Below are positions 1-13,988 of a stretch of DNA of 64,000 bases, in pieces (positions within the stretch are counted from its first letter, which is position 1; each line of letters starts with the position of its first letter). This DNA is from Azolla caroliniana (taxonomy: Eukaryota > Plantae > Polypodiophyta): NCBI GenBank assembly GCA_043228905.1, contig JBHGNT010000001.1, positions 20,274,001 through 20,338,000 of the forward strand. The letters run 5' to 3'. Below the pieces are notes generated by a model. It worked only from the letters and a program-made list of their open reading frames with translations, made no database searches and was not told the DNA's origin. Position numbers and translations under genes: made by a program.

Positions 1-1
1 T

Positions 2-292
2 TCAGTTCCCTTTGATAAGCTTGTAGGAAAATCTATTTCTAGTCAATCAAATATGATGGGGGTTGAAATGGCTCAAGGAGTAGATAAACTCCCTTGTGCT
101 GGATATCAATTTACAGTTTCACAGGATACCCTGACACTTCAGACCCCTCAAAAGCAAGTTAAGGATCATAGGGTACATAAGCATGCAGGGAACTATCTAC
201 TTTTAAAACAACAAGCAAGAGCTCAGGAGGGTGCCCAGAAAGGCCGCCAGGATGCTCTCCTTGAAAAAAGGACACCAATAAAATCTGTGTAA
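2..292 (+). CDS. C-terminal end of LINE ORF1 (partial)
   Basis: Frame is open from base 2 to TAA at 290-292, one base before the ORF2 ATG at 294. Assignment is positional only. Confidence 0.55.
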   Translation, partial: SVPFDKLVGKSISSQSNMMGVEMAQGVDKLPCAGYQFTVSQDTLTLQTPQKQVKDHRVHKHAGNYLLLKQQARAQEGAQKGRQDALLEKRTPIKSV

Positions 293-1104
293 GATGGACA
301 CCTTACATCTTCTTTCCTGGAATGTGCAAGGCTTGGGTGGTCAGGCTTTTCGTAGATTTAAAGGACTTACGCGCAGATTTAGGTACTGCTAATGTAGGAA
401 ATATTGATATTCTTTTTTTACAAGAGAATCACTTATGTATGGATAGAATTCGGAAGTATGGATCTATTTTACCAAGACAATGGACTCACTTCTGGATTCC
501 CACTTTTGGCCCCACTGACCGTCAGGTTGGACTATGCATTGCAATTAAACAACATTTGCAGTCTATCATTGTGTCAGTTGCTACTATTATGAATAAAAGG
601 GCACAATTCCTGATTGTAAAAATAAGATCCCAAAAGGTTGGCCTTATGAATCTCTATGCCCCAAATTCTGCGGCCGAAAGGGCAAAGTTATGGCTATCTC
701 TTTCTAATTATGTGAGTTTAGCGGATTGTTGGTTCGTAGGAGGCGACTTTAATATGATTGAGGATGTTGCTGACAGGCTGGGAGGTATAACTACTACAAT
801 TTCAGGATGGGAAGCTAAGTGTTGGGATTACTTTTGTTTTACTTATGGGTTGTTGGATTTATGGAAGGTGCATTCATTTTCACGTATACAAGGATCCCTT
901 CAGTTTTCTAGATCAGATGGAATCTTGGTTGCTACAAATTTGTCTCGACTAGATAGATTTTATGCTAGTAGCATTGTTTGGGAAGCAGGTGGATCCATAG
1001 GAATTATTCCAGGATCAGCTATCTCTGACCACGACCCTCTGAAGTTACAGGTTACATTTACTAAGAGGCGATACTCGAGACAATTGTGTATCCCTCCTGC
1101 AATT

Positions 1105-1753
1105 TGATGAACACAGTGCTCGGCCACAACCAAGGAATAGGATCAACTCACAGAAAACAGGAAATACAAAATGCACGAAGACAATAGAGAGAAGAGTACA
1201 CAGGATGTTTTACGTGGAAAACCCTAAATGGGAAAAACCACGGGAGTCCTCAAACTCCAACTATCACTACAAACAGAGATGTACAATGGTGAAGCTACGA
1301 GGCAACAACCTTGAGCTCACTGTCTTCGCCACAGGCGGCGGTAATACACAGAGGCAACGACCTCTTCGTCTCTCTCACTCTCTCTCTCTCTCTCTCGGCT
1401 GCTCACTTAGCTCTCTCTCTAAGTGGAAAACCAGAAAAATGAGTAACGACAGTAAAACTGTTTGCCCTAAGTCATATTTATACACATATGACTTTCGGGC
1501 TATTTACAAATATAGCCACAAGGGCTCTTGGCAAACATATTCACAAATATGTCCCCGCATCCGGATCTCTCTCCGGGTACATTCGTCATCCGGCTCCGTA
1601 GCCGGGGTCTTCATCATCCGGCTCCGTAGCCGAGGTCTTCATCATCCGGCTCCGTAGCCGGGGTCTTCATCATCCGGCTCCGTAGCCGGGGTCTTCATCA
1701 TCCGGATTCCCGGATATCCGACCATCCCATCCGGAGGGACCGTAATCCCAACA
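1105..1753 (-). mobile_element. Solo LTR (649 bp) inserted in LINE ORF2
   Basis: TG...CA termini (TGTTGGG...TTCATCA on minus). 5-bp TSD CAATT at 1100-1104 and 1754-1758. Removing it plus one TSD fuses ORF 322-1104 in frame to ORF 1780. TATAAATA on minus near 1474-1481. Homologous to 46540-47374. Confidence 0.92.
1587..1705. repeat. 4 x 28-bp tandem repeat, each with a CCGGCT-ccgt-AGCCGG hairpin, in the LTR U3 region
   Basis: Unit CATCCGGCTCCGTAGCCGGGGTCTTCAT starts at 1587, 1615, 1643 and 1671. Confidence 0.95.
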
Positions 1754-4700
1754 CAATTTTATCTGAGGATAATCATCGGATGTCAATCATACAAATATGG
1801 TCAAAATACAATTTTTCAAATGTTTGTTTGCTTAGCAATATGACTCATGCCATACTCGATACAAAGATTCTATTCACAGAAAGAGTTTCAGCATCTGTTT
1901 ATCACTGCAATTCAGAGATTGCTAACTTGCGTCGTGCTTTGGCAGCATTACAACAACTTTTGGAAAGATATCCAACTTCATCTATATTATGTTGTGATTT
2001 GCAGCAAGTAAAAAGCAGTCTAAAGGAAAAACAGGAAGCACGCTCAAGTTTCTTTTACCATCGTAATGTTGCTCGTTGGTCTCAAAGGCAAGATCGGGTC
2101 AATAAGGAATTCTTTAATCAATTTAAACGAAAAGCTAGACCTCTTTCTATTACTTCTTTGAAGCGGCTTGATGGATCCTATACATCAGATGGCTCTGAGA
2201 TGCGAAGTATAGTCTCGGATTATTATCATAACTTATTGTCTGTTGAATCTTTTACGACAAATAATTTTTATAAGCAACAAGTTGTTCTTACAACTATTGA
2301 ACAGAAGGTTACAGATGTAATGGCCTCTCAGTTATTACAACCGTTTACATCTCAAGAGGTATTTGCTGCGGCTAAATCCTTAGGTAAGGATGTTTGTCCT
2401 GGAAAAGATGGAATAGGAATTGGTTTTTATTTGCATTATTGGGATTTTATTGGTTCTCTCATTACTAGAGCAGTTAATTTAATATTCTCAATGGGTAATA
2501 TGCCTGAGGAATGGACAGAAGGAATCATATATATGATTCCTAAATCGGATGCTCAATGTGATGAAGTCTCCAAGTGGCGGGCAATAACATTGCTTAATGT
2601 TGTGTATAAGATAGTGGCAAAAACTATTGCAGTTAGACTACGACCTGTATTGCCGTCTATTATTCATGATACACAATGTGGCTTCCTACAAGACAGAAGT
2701 ATTTTTTATAATATCTTTTTGTTCTGGGAAATGGTTGCATTAGCTCAGCAACATAAACAACAACTTGCAATATTATTGCTTGACTTTGAAAAGGCATATG
2801 ATAAAGTGGATTGGGACTTTCTTGAGGCAGTGCTATCAAGATTAGGTTTTCCAGCCGCATGGATAAAAGGTGTTTCATCCCTTTACAGGCATGCTTCTAG
2901 TTCTGTTTTGTTTGCTGGAGAATACGGGACATTATTTCCTATATCCAAGTCTGTTAGACAAGGATGCCCTCTTGCCCCATTTCTTTTTATCTTGTTTGGG
3001 GAAGCTTTGTCCTCCTACCTAAGATCATCAACTACTAGTAACAAAGGATTAGTATTACCTATTACACAATCCACTGTACTGGATGTTGAATTTGCAAATG
3101 ATACAACCCTCTATGTTGACGGGAAGATCAGTAATCTTGATCGGGTACAAAATGCTTTGCAAGTTTTCTTAGATGCTACAGGTGCATCACTTAACTGGAA
3201 TAAGTCAGTTGGCCTTTGGGTTGGTGCAGAAAATCATCCTGAGTGGTATCCAGGTCATGCTTTCCGATGGCTTCATCGTGGTGAGCCAGTTCGATATTTA
3301 GGATGTATGGTTGGAATAGATTTAAGGCCAGAAGTAATGTTATCTCCGTTGCTATTATCAATAAAACGTAAATTATTGTATTGGGATGCCCAACAATTGT
3401 CTTTTGCGGGTCGCGTTGTAGTAGCAAATACAGTACTATTGGCATCAATGTGGTTTATAGCATCTGTGTGGCTATTTTCTAGATCAGCAATGACAAAGGT
3501 GCAAAGTTGGATCCAGAATTTCCTTTGGGGGGGAAAACATGGCTCTCCTACAGTAGCCAAAGTTGTGTGGAATGTGTTGATTCAACTTAAAATTAATGGA
3601 GGGTTGGGTTTGATAGATCCTTTGATGCAGTCAAGAGCTCTCTTGACTAAGTTTGTTATCAGAGGTTTGTTGCCAGGATCAGAAGCTTGGAAAGGAATGT
3701 TTTTAAATCAGTTAATGCAATTAACTCCTAAGACAGGAGGAGTATGGTCACCCTCTTTAAAGTGGTTGTTCTTGAATGACATGAAAACACCAAGGAGAAA
3801 TCTTGCATCCAATAGATTTTTGCTAGGAATCATAAGAGTGTGGGATGCAATTAAATCATTTTTGCTAAAGGACAAACCTTCTACCTAGGATGCATTACTT
3901 AATCAACCTATGCTTGCCAATTCTCTATTTCGGGATAATGCAGGAAAAGTATTGGGCCTGCGTCCTGACATTGCTTGGGGTAAATTGGATAATGGGCCAG
4001 CTGCATCTATAAGAACGTGGACTCAGTTTCAACAAATGTCACAAGAAGATCGACTTGTACATCTACAATTAGTTCATGGTGCCAAGATAATGACAGCTAC
4101 CTTATCAGTAACATATTCTTCATTTTTAACAACCTTCCAACCGAGGCAAGAACATATATGGTTTGGATGCTTCGCAAATGAGATATTGATGGTTGTTAAG
4201 GGTGTTTCACCTAATGGGCGCGTGTCTTATTTTCAAGTCCTAGACAACAATAGATTGCAATCTTATACCTTTGATTGCAATTATCTATAGGACTTACGAA
4301 GTGCACCAGTTATAGTGGTTGCTAAAACTGGAAAGAAATGGATCCTTGATCATTATCCATCAATTGCTCATATGTGTGATATCATGTGGTTATATTCAAA
4401 AGATCCTATTGCAAGATTAACATGGGATCCAGGGGGTTGGCTTTGGTCACACTCCTTGGGGGGAAAGATCGTAAAGGTCCCCTTTTTTCAGTACTCAGTA
4501 AAACTTGGAAGATCATTACTGCTCTCTCATAATGTAAAGATACCAACGGCTCAGAAACATTGGACCAATTGGGGTGTTTCCACTTTGCATTTGAGAACCT
4601 ATTGGAAATGGATATGGTCATTCAAGGGGCCAACTAAATTTATTCTCTTTCGATGGTTATTAGTGCATATGGCTCTACCAGTTGGTCATGCATTGAAAGG

Positions 4701-5723
4701 GAATGTGACACCCAATTTGCGGCAATGTGCCAATTGCCATGAACCTCAAGAAACTACCAAGCATGTCTTATGGTCTTGTTCTTTTGCTCAACAAGTATGG
4801 AAGAAAGTCGTTTATTTATTCCTAACAATAAATGTAGGTTGCTTATTCTCATGGGGATCAGCGATGTGGGGAGTATTACACTCTGGTTTAATGTTGTATG
4901 AGGCAAACGATGTTCATGAGGCAATGACAATACATAATGGAAGATTGATATTAGTTAGTCCTTTCCAGCAACCTCGAAAGCAGGTGCGATCCGTCCAAAT
5001 TTGGAAAACTATGTCCACAATAACATTATGGGTATTATGGAAATATCAATGTAAACGACTTTATGATGGGGTAGACATTCATCTCTCAGATGTGTTGTTT
5101 GAGTTATGGGAGAACTTGCTGGCTGTAGTTCGTGATCAATATGACAATATGCAGGGTTCCCCAGATACTATGAACAAGAAAAGGAAAAAGCTTCTTCACT
5201 TGTGGAAAAAGGTGCCCCTGTTTACAATGGTAGCTCAAGAGCCTCAATGGCAATATCGACTTCCATGGACTCTTTGAATATCAACAAATGTAAACATCCT
5301 CGTATTTTATATCAGTGTATAAAGAAAGTTGTAACCTTCTTGGTAGTTAGGTTCAAGTTGTAGCCTTCGGGCGTTTTGTTCTTAATACTATTGAAGAAAA
5401 TCTTTTATAATACAAAAAAAAAAGATAAAGTGGGTGTCTCATTAGAAAGCCAAGCAATGGATTCGCATTCATGGAAGAGGGCACGATTGAAAGAGCAATC
5501 TAGAGAATTTAGATTATTGGAGGTTTGTTTATTGGCAAACACATGTCAACCTTGCATTTATGAAAGGAAATGATTGAGAGATATCAAGAGACTTAGGGAG
5601 ACATCTTGATGTGGAAGAATGTAGAAAGTGACAACTTAATATTACTGAAACCTATGATATGGAAATGAGTAAAGACATCCAAGGGCCTAGAGGCACTTGA
5701 CTAAAATTTGGATCTACTTAATA

Positions 5724-5780
5724 ATATATATATATATATATACATACATACATACATATGTACATATGTATGTATATGTA
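5724..5780. repeat. Compound (AT)n/(CATA)n microsatellite
   Basis: Read directly from sequence. Confidence 0.9.
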
Positions 5781-8700
5781 GATTCATGAGCTTAACTCTA
5801 CAAAATGTTTTAAAGTCTAAATGGAATCTTGTTTGAGATAGTGCACACTATACTTTTCTCCTAAAAATACGACTTTTTAAATTTTATGGGGTTACAAAAT
5901 ATACCATCGCTTTCTTAAGGCATGCCTAACAACATATAAAAATCTACACCTACACCCTAACATTATTGTCATGGTTCAAAATTAAGAGTTATAAGTAAGT
6001 TCAACATTTTGTATGGGAACTCCAATTTTAGTATGTTGGGTCTCTCTTCCTAAATAAAACTGCTTGTGTGCAAATTTAAAGACATTACGTTAGTGTTATA
6101 AAACGCCATGTGCAGTTATTAATTTCTATTTTCAAAATGAAAGAGAATTGTTGGAGGATTTGAAACATGTAATGCCCAAAATAATATACCCATAGAAAGA
6201 CATTAATTTATATCTCCACCATAGGAGGTACTCAAAGTTGACATTAGTTTCCCATTTCTGAAAAAGTTACTAACTAATTGAATGATTCCAATTTGCTATG
6301 TTTGCTTCAAAAACCTACCTACATTCCCCATTCAAAAACCTTCATATTTTCCTTCAAGGGTTTGCCATATTTAGTTATATCCAAGTTAATCACTTAGCCT
6401 TAGCCTTCATGGATTTCCCATATTTAAAAATACTCAAATTACTACTCATAAAAGAAACATAATGGTAGAGTTCTAAGGGCAAGAATAACCATATTTCATA
6501 GTTATTTTAATCTATTTATCTTGAGCAACCATTAATATCCATTTAAAAGGCCCAATATTTAGTGAATTGTGCCATGTAAGCAAAAGAAGATTAGCAATAC
6601 TCATTGATTCCCCATCTTACTTTAATGTTGCACAAGTACCTTAACTCAATAATAACGTAGACCATCATTTAGCTTTTTGAGTCCTTGAATTATATTGGAC
6701 CAAATTTAGCATTGTGGAGTTATTATTTGTGTATTGTTTGGATTCACAAGTTGATGACAAACAAGCGTGTGTTGGGCATGTGAATAGAGGGGGTTGTATA
6801 TTCCACTCAATGCATAAGTCATTGAAAAATATTAAAATTGGAGAATTGAGTAGGGTGGAGAACTTTATCTTGATTCATAATCCATCCCAATAATCCCCCA
6901 ACGGACAAGTGGAAGCCATCTTCTATTTCTTTTTCTTGGGTCCACAAATTATAAGCTTGTTCACGAAATATCATTCCCCAATGAATGTATTTATTTTGGT
7001 GCTTAGGTTAAATCTCTCCAAAGGAGGCTTTCAACTTTAGAATAAAGTTGTGACACAAATTTGGTTTCAAGTGTAAAGAAATTTCTCACTCTCATTTGGA
7101 AAATTCATTATCAAAATCTTTCCGATACATTCATTTCAGAAAACACATGAGTTATCTAAGATTTTAGTGAAACCAAAATAGATTCTAACATGAAGCATGA
7201 TAGTGCTAGTCTTTTTAAACTATAAATGAAACAAACTATCCTACGACTAGATTATTATTGCCCCATGGTGTATGCCTACTTTGAAAAGGCAATGTTTAGA
7301 GAGGAGATCCAATATTTGAAACCATTATGATGATAGAATTTGTACATTACCAAGGACAAGGTGAGAAGCCATTGTTTGGAAAAGTGCTTGCATGGATGAA
7401 ACTTATACATAATAATCGAAGACAAAGTAATTGGCCCTTAGGTTGCCAACAACTTGGATTTCATTGCTATGCATAGCCGCCCATTTTATAGATATGGATC
7501 ATCACCTTTTTGAGCAAGATGAATTGGTAAACTCAAAGTTGGGAGCTTTTATAGCATTGTTGTCTACAATTGTGGGATGACAATTGTTGGAACGTAATTA
7601 TGAAGGGAAAAAAATTAACTTCAATATAAAATAGATGAATTATAAATTGTTATCAAGGAATATGTGAGTTCAAGGTGGGGTAGGCCTTTTGGTAAAGTTG
7701 AGTATTTGCATCACCTAATCAAAATGTTGTTTAGGAGTGTTGGAGCATGGATTGAAATGAAGTAACAAGAATTGTAATAAATCTAGTAGAAAATGGATAG
7801 ACTCCAAATATAACCTAAGAAGGGCACTTTTTAAAGTTCCATGTCTCTAGGCTTTTACTTGCTTGGTCAAAATGAAACATATGTAAAGTTTATTCCACTT
7901 CAAAATGTTTGTCTCTACTATATGCCAACTTTTTAGTGACGAAAGGAAAAGAAATTGGCTCCACCAAATAGTGTCTTGGTAACATAGAGACAATATGGTG
8001 CTACCTTTTTGTCCACAAGAAGACCAAGTTGGCTTTTGTGGAATGAAAATGTCCATTGAGTATTTAATGTTCTCTCTCACATAGACTGAGACAATCATTA
8101 ATCAATAAATAATCGACATTGGCCAAGAGGATAATAATAACAATTTGGATGACTTATTTTATATACTAACACTAAGAATCTGGTGAGGGTGGTGAGTTTT
8201 TTAGAGCTTTTGTCTTTTCTCTTTGAGAAGACCTTATAAAGTAAAACCAACCTAAAAAATGGATTGTACTTCCAATTCTTTCCTTTTCCTTAGGGTCCAA
8301 CATGTCTCTTAAAAAACACTTTTCAATTTGTCATCATTGAAACATGGAGCACCATCATGCTCAGGAGGGGGAGAGAGAGGGTCCAGTTGGTGTTGGAATA
8401 ATGAAGCCATAATCCTAATAAGGGTAGAACCAGAACAACTGTAAAACAATGTGTGTACACAATTGTCCATAATGTGTACATAGAGAACAATATAGCCTAT
8501 GAAACCAATACATATACATCTTAAAGCTTGTTTATTTGTTCAAGAAATGAAAATTATCAAATCTAAAAGAAAAATAAAAAGAGAGGGGAAATTTGCTCTT
8601 GTGGACCCATGTTGAAGTTCCATCAAACACCTTGACTTTACTATTGTGCATGAGGAATCTCAGAAAACCTCTAATGCTTTCCAACAATAGCTCCTGTCTA

Positions 8701-11700
8701 TATTTGGTATAGGTGTGCACTTTTTTCTACTCCATGGTGATCTTGGGCATTGCTTGGCCTAAGTCCATGGTGTGAGTATGACAATGTCTTACCTTTCACT
8801 GTGGTTTATATGCACCTCTAAAGTTACATGATATAGAACACCAAAAAACATTTTGTCCTTCAATTGCATGACAAGGGAGAAATTCTCTAGAAAATCTATG
8901 AATGCAATGTTCCTCTGACTGTTTATCCACTCTTATAGTAACTTAGCATATCTTACTCACAATTGTTACTTTCATCCATCGTGAAGTCTCTATTCTGAGT
9001 TGGTCTAAAGAGGTATGTATTTGTCCAATGCTCGTGAGTAATCCATGTGCAGGATGTGTATCTATCCATCTCACAAGTATATTGAGACTATCAAGAAAAA
9101 ATGAGATAAAGTGGCATCTTCTTTACGTGGTGTATTTCGGGGTTTACCCCATGTCCTTTCAATGTTTTGCCTAAATAGGTTAACTTTTATTAATACTAAC
9201 CTAGATTGAGGTAGTCCGAATTGTTAAAAAGGGACTAGTTTGTCTATCTACATATAATTCAAGCCTAACTATCACCTCATTTGAGCATATACAAATTTTA
9301 ATGAAGTCTAATTGTTGTCGATTTGTTGGAGGATATGCGAGCAAGTTGTGAATAACTATCATAGGGAGGGGTACATTACTTTGTTAAGGAATTCAACTAT
9401 GATGGTTGTTGCATTCTACTTTGATTATCATATGTGGCATGGGTAGCTTCACTTGTATCATGCACGGTGTCAACATGGTTAGTGGGTTTTCCACATGCTC
9501 CAATCCATCATAATACTCTTTGTGTGGGTTGTTTTATTCTTGGAGTATTTGTCTATGAGTGGGCCTAAATTCTTGAATGTTAAGAGTCTATTACTTATGA
9601 ATAGACCAAATTAATGTAAAAGAAAGATTAATAGATTGGATAGAAGAACCCAATCCTCCCGAACACCCCCGAGATATGATCCAGACATACCCAACCTACC
9701 ATTAACATTCCATACTGACGGATATTAGGATGACTAGTACCTTGGAGTAGTTAACACGATCGTTGTGACAAAAGCATAGCCCACACTACTGGTGTGTCAA
9801 GGCTTCAACCTTCCGACGTATTGTGTTTATGAGGGTAGTTAGGCTTCATATTTATACTTCTTCTTAGGCCCCTTGAATAGATGTGCTTTTCTAAAAGACT
9901 CTCCATTTATTGGTTGTTATCATCATGATTGTGCATGCATCAATCATTCCTTCTATCCAATCACATTAGTCCCTTTCTAACATTAGTGAACATACCCTTC
10001 ACTTATGTTTTGTAAATATTAGTGACCTACTCTCACCCACGTTATGTGTCCATAACATTGCCTCTATTGTTCTTGCCCATGTACAAGTGTGGCAAAACAA
10101 GGTATGCCTAACATGTTGGCGCAATGTTACCGAGCACACAACTATATGCTTCATATCTTTTGCCTCTACTAAGATTGCATCTTCTAGTTCAATTTGTGCC
10201 TCAATGTGTATTGATAGGTTTCTTTGACCCGAAATTGCTGACATAGGAATACATTTTACACCTTCTCAATGTCATTCAACTAAGTGAAAAGTATGCTTTC
10301 TCTCCAAGCCTCCATGCCAAGTACCTACGCATGGATCACAAATGTATTGATACTTCCAATGTTATTTATCATCTGTTAACATTTCTAAAATTACATTCAA
10401 ACTCATGGATGTATTAGTTAAAACAATCAACTTAGTTTAATTGACCTTGAATGCCGATACCCCATTTAAAGTAATTGAAAGACAATGCAAACCTAATCTA
10501 CAATTTCTTCCAAAAAAGCCTCCATAATCATAAAATAACTTTTAACATTATAAATAAGGTCATCTAATACATACCTTATGATTGCAATAAACATTTTGAA
10601 GTTGTATATGTTGATTATTTTAAAATTTGAGCATACTAGCACCTTAACTATGCATCTTCCAAGGTATTTCAAACCACAAGCTCTTGAGTTCATTGTTCCC
10701 TCTACTCCCCAAGGAACACTCAATGTGTCTCATTGTATCATGTAGATGGATATGCAAGGGGTTGCCAATTCCATGCCAACATAGAGCTTCAATTATGACT
10801 TAGAATTCAACATTGGTCATTATGGAATTCGAATGAATGAGGTTGGTATGCAATATATTGAAACTGATAATATTTGGTATCATCGCCCATGAGATGATCA
10901 TGGAGCATCAATGTCAATGGTAGTTCCTCCAAGGTTCAACTACAGGGTCATGTAGGATGCTCCTAACATACTTAGCTTTATTATCCAAGATTCTTCTATG
11001 GATCATGTAGGATGCGTATAACATATTTAGCGTTATACTATACTTGATAATTTACTATCTCAAGGTATAAACTCACCCAAAACCAGGAAATTGTTGCAAG
11101 TGGGGAAGATGATTATGATGACAACCACAATGATATTTTAACACACTTTAAATGCCATAAAATAATGGTATAGGACAAGAGAAAAAAAAACATATGATGG
11201 ATGTAGGCACTTGTGTCTTACATATTCTTTAGGTCATTTTGCTTTGCATGCTTAAGTAGAGAGCACACAATATATGTGCCTACGGAGGTAAGGTTGAGTG
11301 TGTGTGACTTGTGGAACTTGAGTGAGGTTGGTGCATGCTTAGACATCGTGAAATCTTTAGTTATGAATGCATGTGCAAGGCAAGGTGTAATATCCTTTGT
11401 GATATTATAATTCATGATAAACTCAATTATTGTTGCCAAATTCCATATCTTAAAATGATTTCCTTGACCACAACTTTGGCATCACAGGAACATCTTTCGT
11501 TCCTTTTGGATGTCGTTGCATGTAGAAGGGGGTATATTTACTCTCTAAACCTCCATTGCATATAGAAAGTCTTGGATTACCAATGCCGCATTGAAAGTAG
11601 ACTTGGATTCAAAGATAAAGTGGCCATTTTGGTTGGGCTTTCAACCAACAATCTATGGATGTGCCTCAATGGTGGTTACCGCCCCAATGCCGGTACATAT

Positions 11701-13419
11701 TTTCTTGATGTTTGTGGTATGTCAACATGGGATAGAACCATATTTCTTTGGGATGAGACATTGTGTACAAGATACCTTTCATCTTGTGCATAGTTAGCTT
11801 AGGAAAGTTTTCATAAAGAACCAAGATAAGTATGATTGTTACTCATGAACTTTGTTGATATTCCTTATGGCCAAGCATCATTTTTTGAGGTTAACAAATA
11901 TATAGATTTCAAAATTTCCCATATTTGACTCGTGAGATTATAGTTAGATCATTCCAAGCAAGTGCTTTCCATTTAATTAGTTCCTATCATACGACTCACA
12001 ATTTATTTCAAATAAAGAGCATCCAACTCATGTGCACTATGTGGAGGGTGAATCGGTCATACACAAGAGAAAAAATGTTCTCTCATTACTCCATAGTGTG
12101 TATTAATTGAAGGAAGAGAGGAAAGATCGTGACTAAATGCCTCATGTATCCTTGTGGTAGCTTTGCAATGGTGGATGTCTATTAATTATTCATTGTTTTG
12201 ACTCATTTGTTGTAGTATTTTTTTCTTTCATGATAAAGACATTTAATAAACTGTTTGAAAAAGCAACCTTTATGATATAAATGTCATTGTCTTGACCTAA
12301 ATTTCCATGCCTCTAGCATTCGTAGATCGTGGTGTTTGGTTGTAGTTGTGAAGACACAAAGAAGGTCTTCGGCATGTATCAAGTGACTCTTGTAGCTTTT
12401 GACAATTGTTTTGGCAAGATTTATTGTGGCTCTTTGCTAATGAACAAACACATACCATAATTCACAAAACACATGAGACAAACCAAGTTGGTGTAGTGCT
12501 AAGTGAATTGGTATAAAGTTGTTCAATGAAGACAAGAAGTTCATGTGCTCAACCCTTACATGCCCTAGAGTCATCTAACAAAATCAATGGACTTTGAACC
12601 AACCGTACATGTCAATAAATATGGCCTACCATAGTGAAAGATAGAAATTGTGTAATGCAGTGGAACATATGGGTTGTGAGAGACCTTCACCTTTGTTAAT
12701 CATTTATTTGAACAAAAAAAAGAAAAGATTACGACAAAATAACACAAATTTCTACGAACTGAGAAGAAAATATATATTTCTATGAGATTGTGTTCTCCGA
12801 TTGTAAATGTTTTCTAGTTGGAGAGCTCAAACATTCGACCGACGTTTTAGTGAAAGAGTGCACACTTTTCAAGGAACTTTAGGTTCCATGTATAAGCAAT
12901 GAGTGTGACTCATGAGAAATGGAAAGAAAAGACAAAGGGATGGATAACAAATGCATTGATGAAAGGGGACATGGATGAAGAGAATAATAGTCGAGAGAGA
13001 TTTAGATTATTGGAGTGTAAGGGGGACAAGCACATGACCTCACATTGATGACCGGCTGAGATATATATATATATGTATATATATAATCATGATTCATGTG
13101 TCTGTGCAAGAGGTTATGAGAAGAGAAAAGCTTCGAAGTGACAGCTCCTTAATGCTCATTATAGGTATATGAGACAGAAAGGAGGAGGAAGGAAGGTCAT
13201 ATCATAGGGGGTGAAAGGAGCAGTAGATGTGTGTGTACAAAAAAGGAGGCAAAACACATTACGAGATACCAACGAACAACTACTTCTTACATACATATAG
13301 ACATACATTACATTAAACATATGTATATATATGTCTATATAAATTATAATGTAGCAAAGGGGAAGGGGAAGAAGGGGAAGGGGAAGGGCAGCAAAGCAGG
13401 TCGTACATACATATATGTA

Positions 13420-13431
13420 CATATATAAAAG
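13420..13431 (+). promoter_or_regulatory. Candidate TATA box upstream of the IDD gene
   Basis: CATATATAAAAG about 560 bp upstream of the ATG, followed by (CATA)n/(ACGT)n and CT-rich tracts. Transcription start is unknown. Confidence 0.3.
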
Positions 13432-13988
13432 TGAGTGTCACCGGTAGTGTATTATGTATATGGTTTTTTTACACACATATACATACATACATACGTACGT
13501 ACGTACGTACACGTTATTTGCATACAGTAGATGGATAGATAGATACACACTCCACTCCGTATGGTATATAATATAAACATGGACCAATGAGAAAAGCGAA
13601 GGCGTTCGATCGATGTAGAGTAGAGAGGGAGGAGAGCCCCTCTCAAAGTCTGTCATGACTCATCCCTTTCTTTCTTGCTTTTTCCCTTCTTCCAAACAAC
13701 ACTACCACCACCACTTTTTGTCTATAGTAAAACTATAATTCCTTTTTTGTTATTACTCTCTACATACATACATACATACATACATATTCCTTTTTTTGTT
13801 ATTGCTGCTGTTGCTGCTACATACACCATACTACTACTACTACTATTATTATATATATATATATAGATACATACATACATACATGTGTTAGTGTTCGAAC
13901 GCCTCCTTCCGTTTCCTAATTAAATCTGAGATGCTTAACTACTACTGTATTAAACTTGATTTGATCTGATTTTACGTTCCAAGTTAAC

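Larger units (their letters stand above)
294..5277 (+). pseudogene. LINE ORF2 (AP-like endonuclease, reverse transcriptase, zf-RVT), disrupted
   Basis: ATG 294 gives MDTLHLLSWNVQGL. Endonuclease motifs LQE, NLYAPN, GGDFN, SRLDRFY, SDHDP. RT motifs LDFEKAYD, RQGCPLAP, FANDT (catalytic D changed to N), YLG. C-terminal CxxC...ETTKHVLWSC. Lesions: frameshift near 366, solo LTR insertion, in-frame TAG stops at 3886 and 4288. Confidence 0.93.
1..5423 (+). mobile_element. L1-clade LINE (non-LTR retrotransposon), decayed; 5' end lies outside the window
   Basis: End of ORF1, then ORF2 with EEP endonuclease, RT and zf-RVT-like C-terminus. A 10-A tail follows at 5414-5423. Interrupted by a solo LTR at 1105-1753. 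Confidence 0.93.

Noticed and set aside
1205-1657. 150-aa ORF between LINE endonuclease and RT
   Set aside because: It lies wholly inside the solo LTR and reads through a (CT)n tract, so it is spurious.
9990-12110. Short Cys/Trp-rich ORFs that might be very old TE or gene fragments
   Set aside because: No motif I can recognise with confidence. A profile search would be needed.
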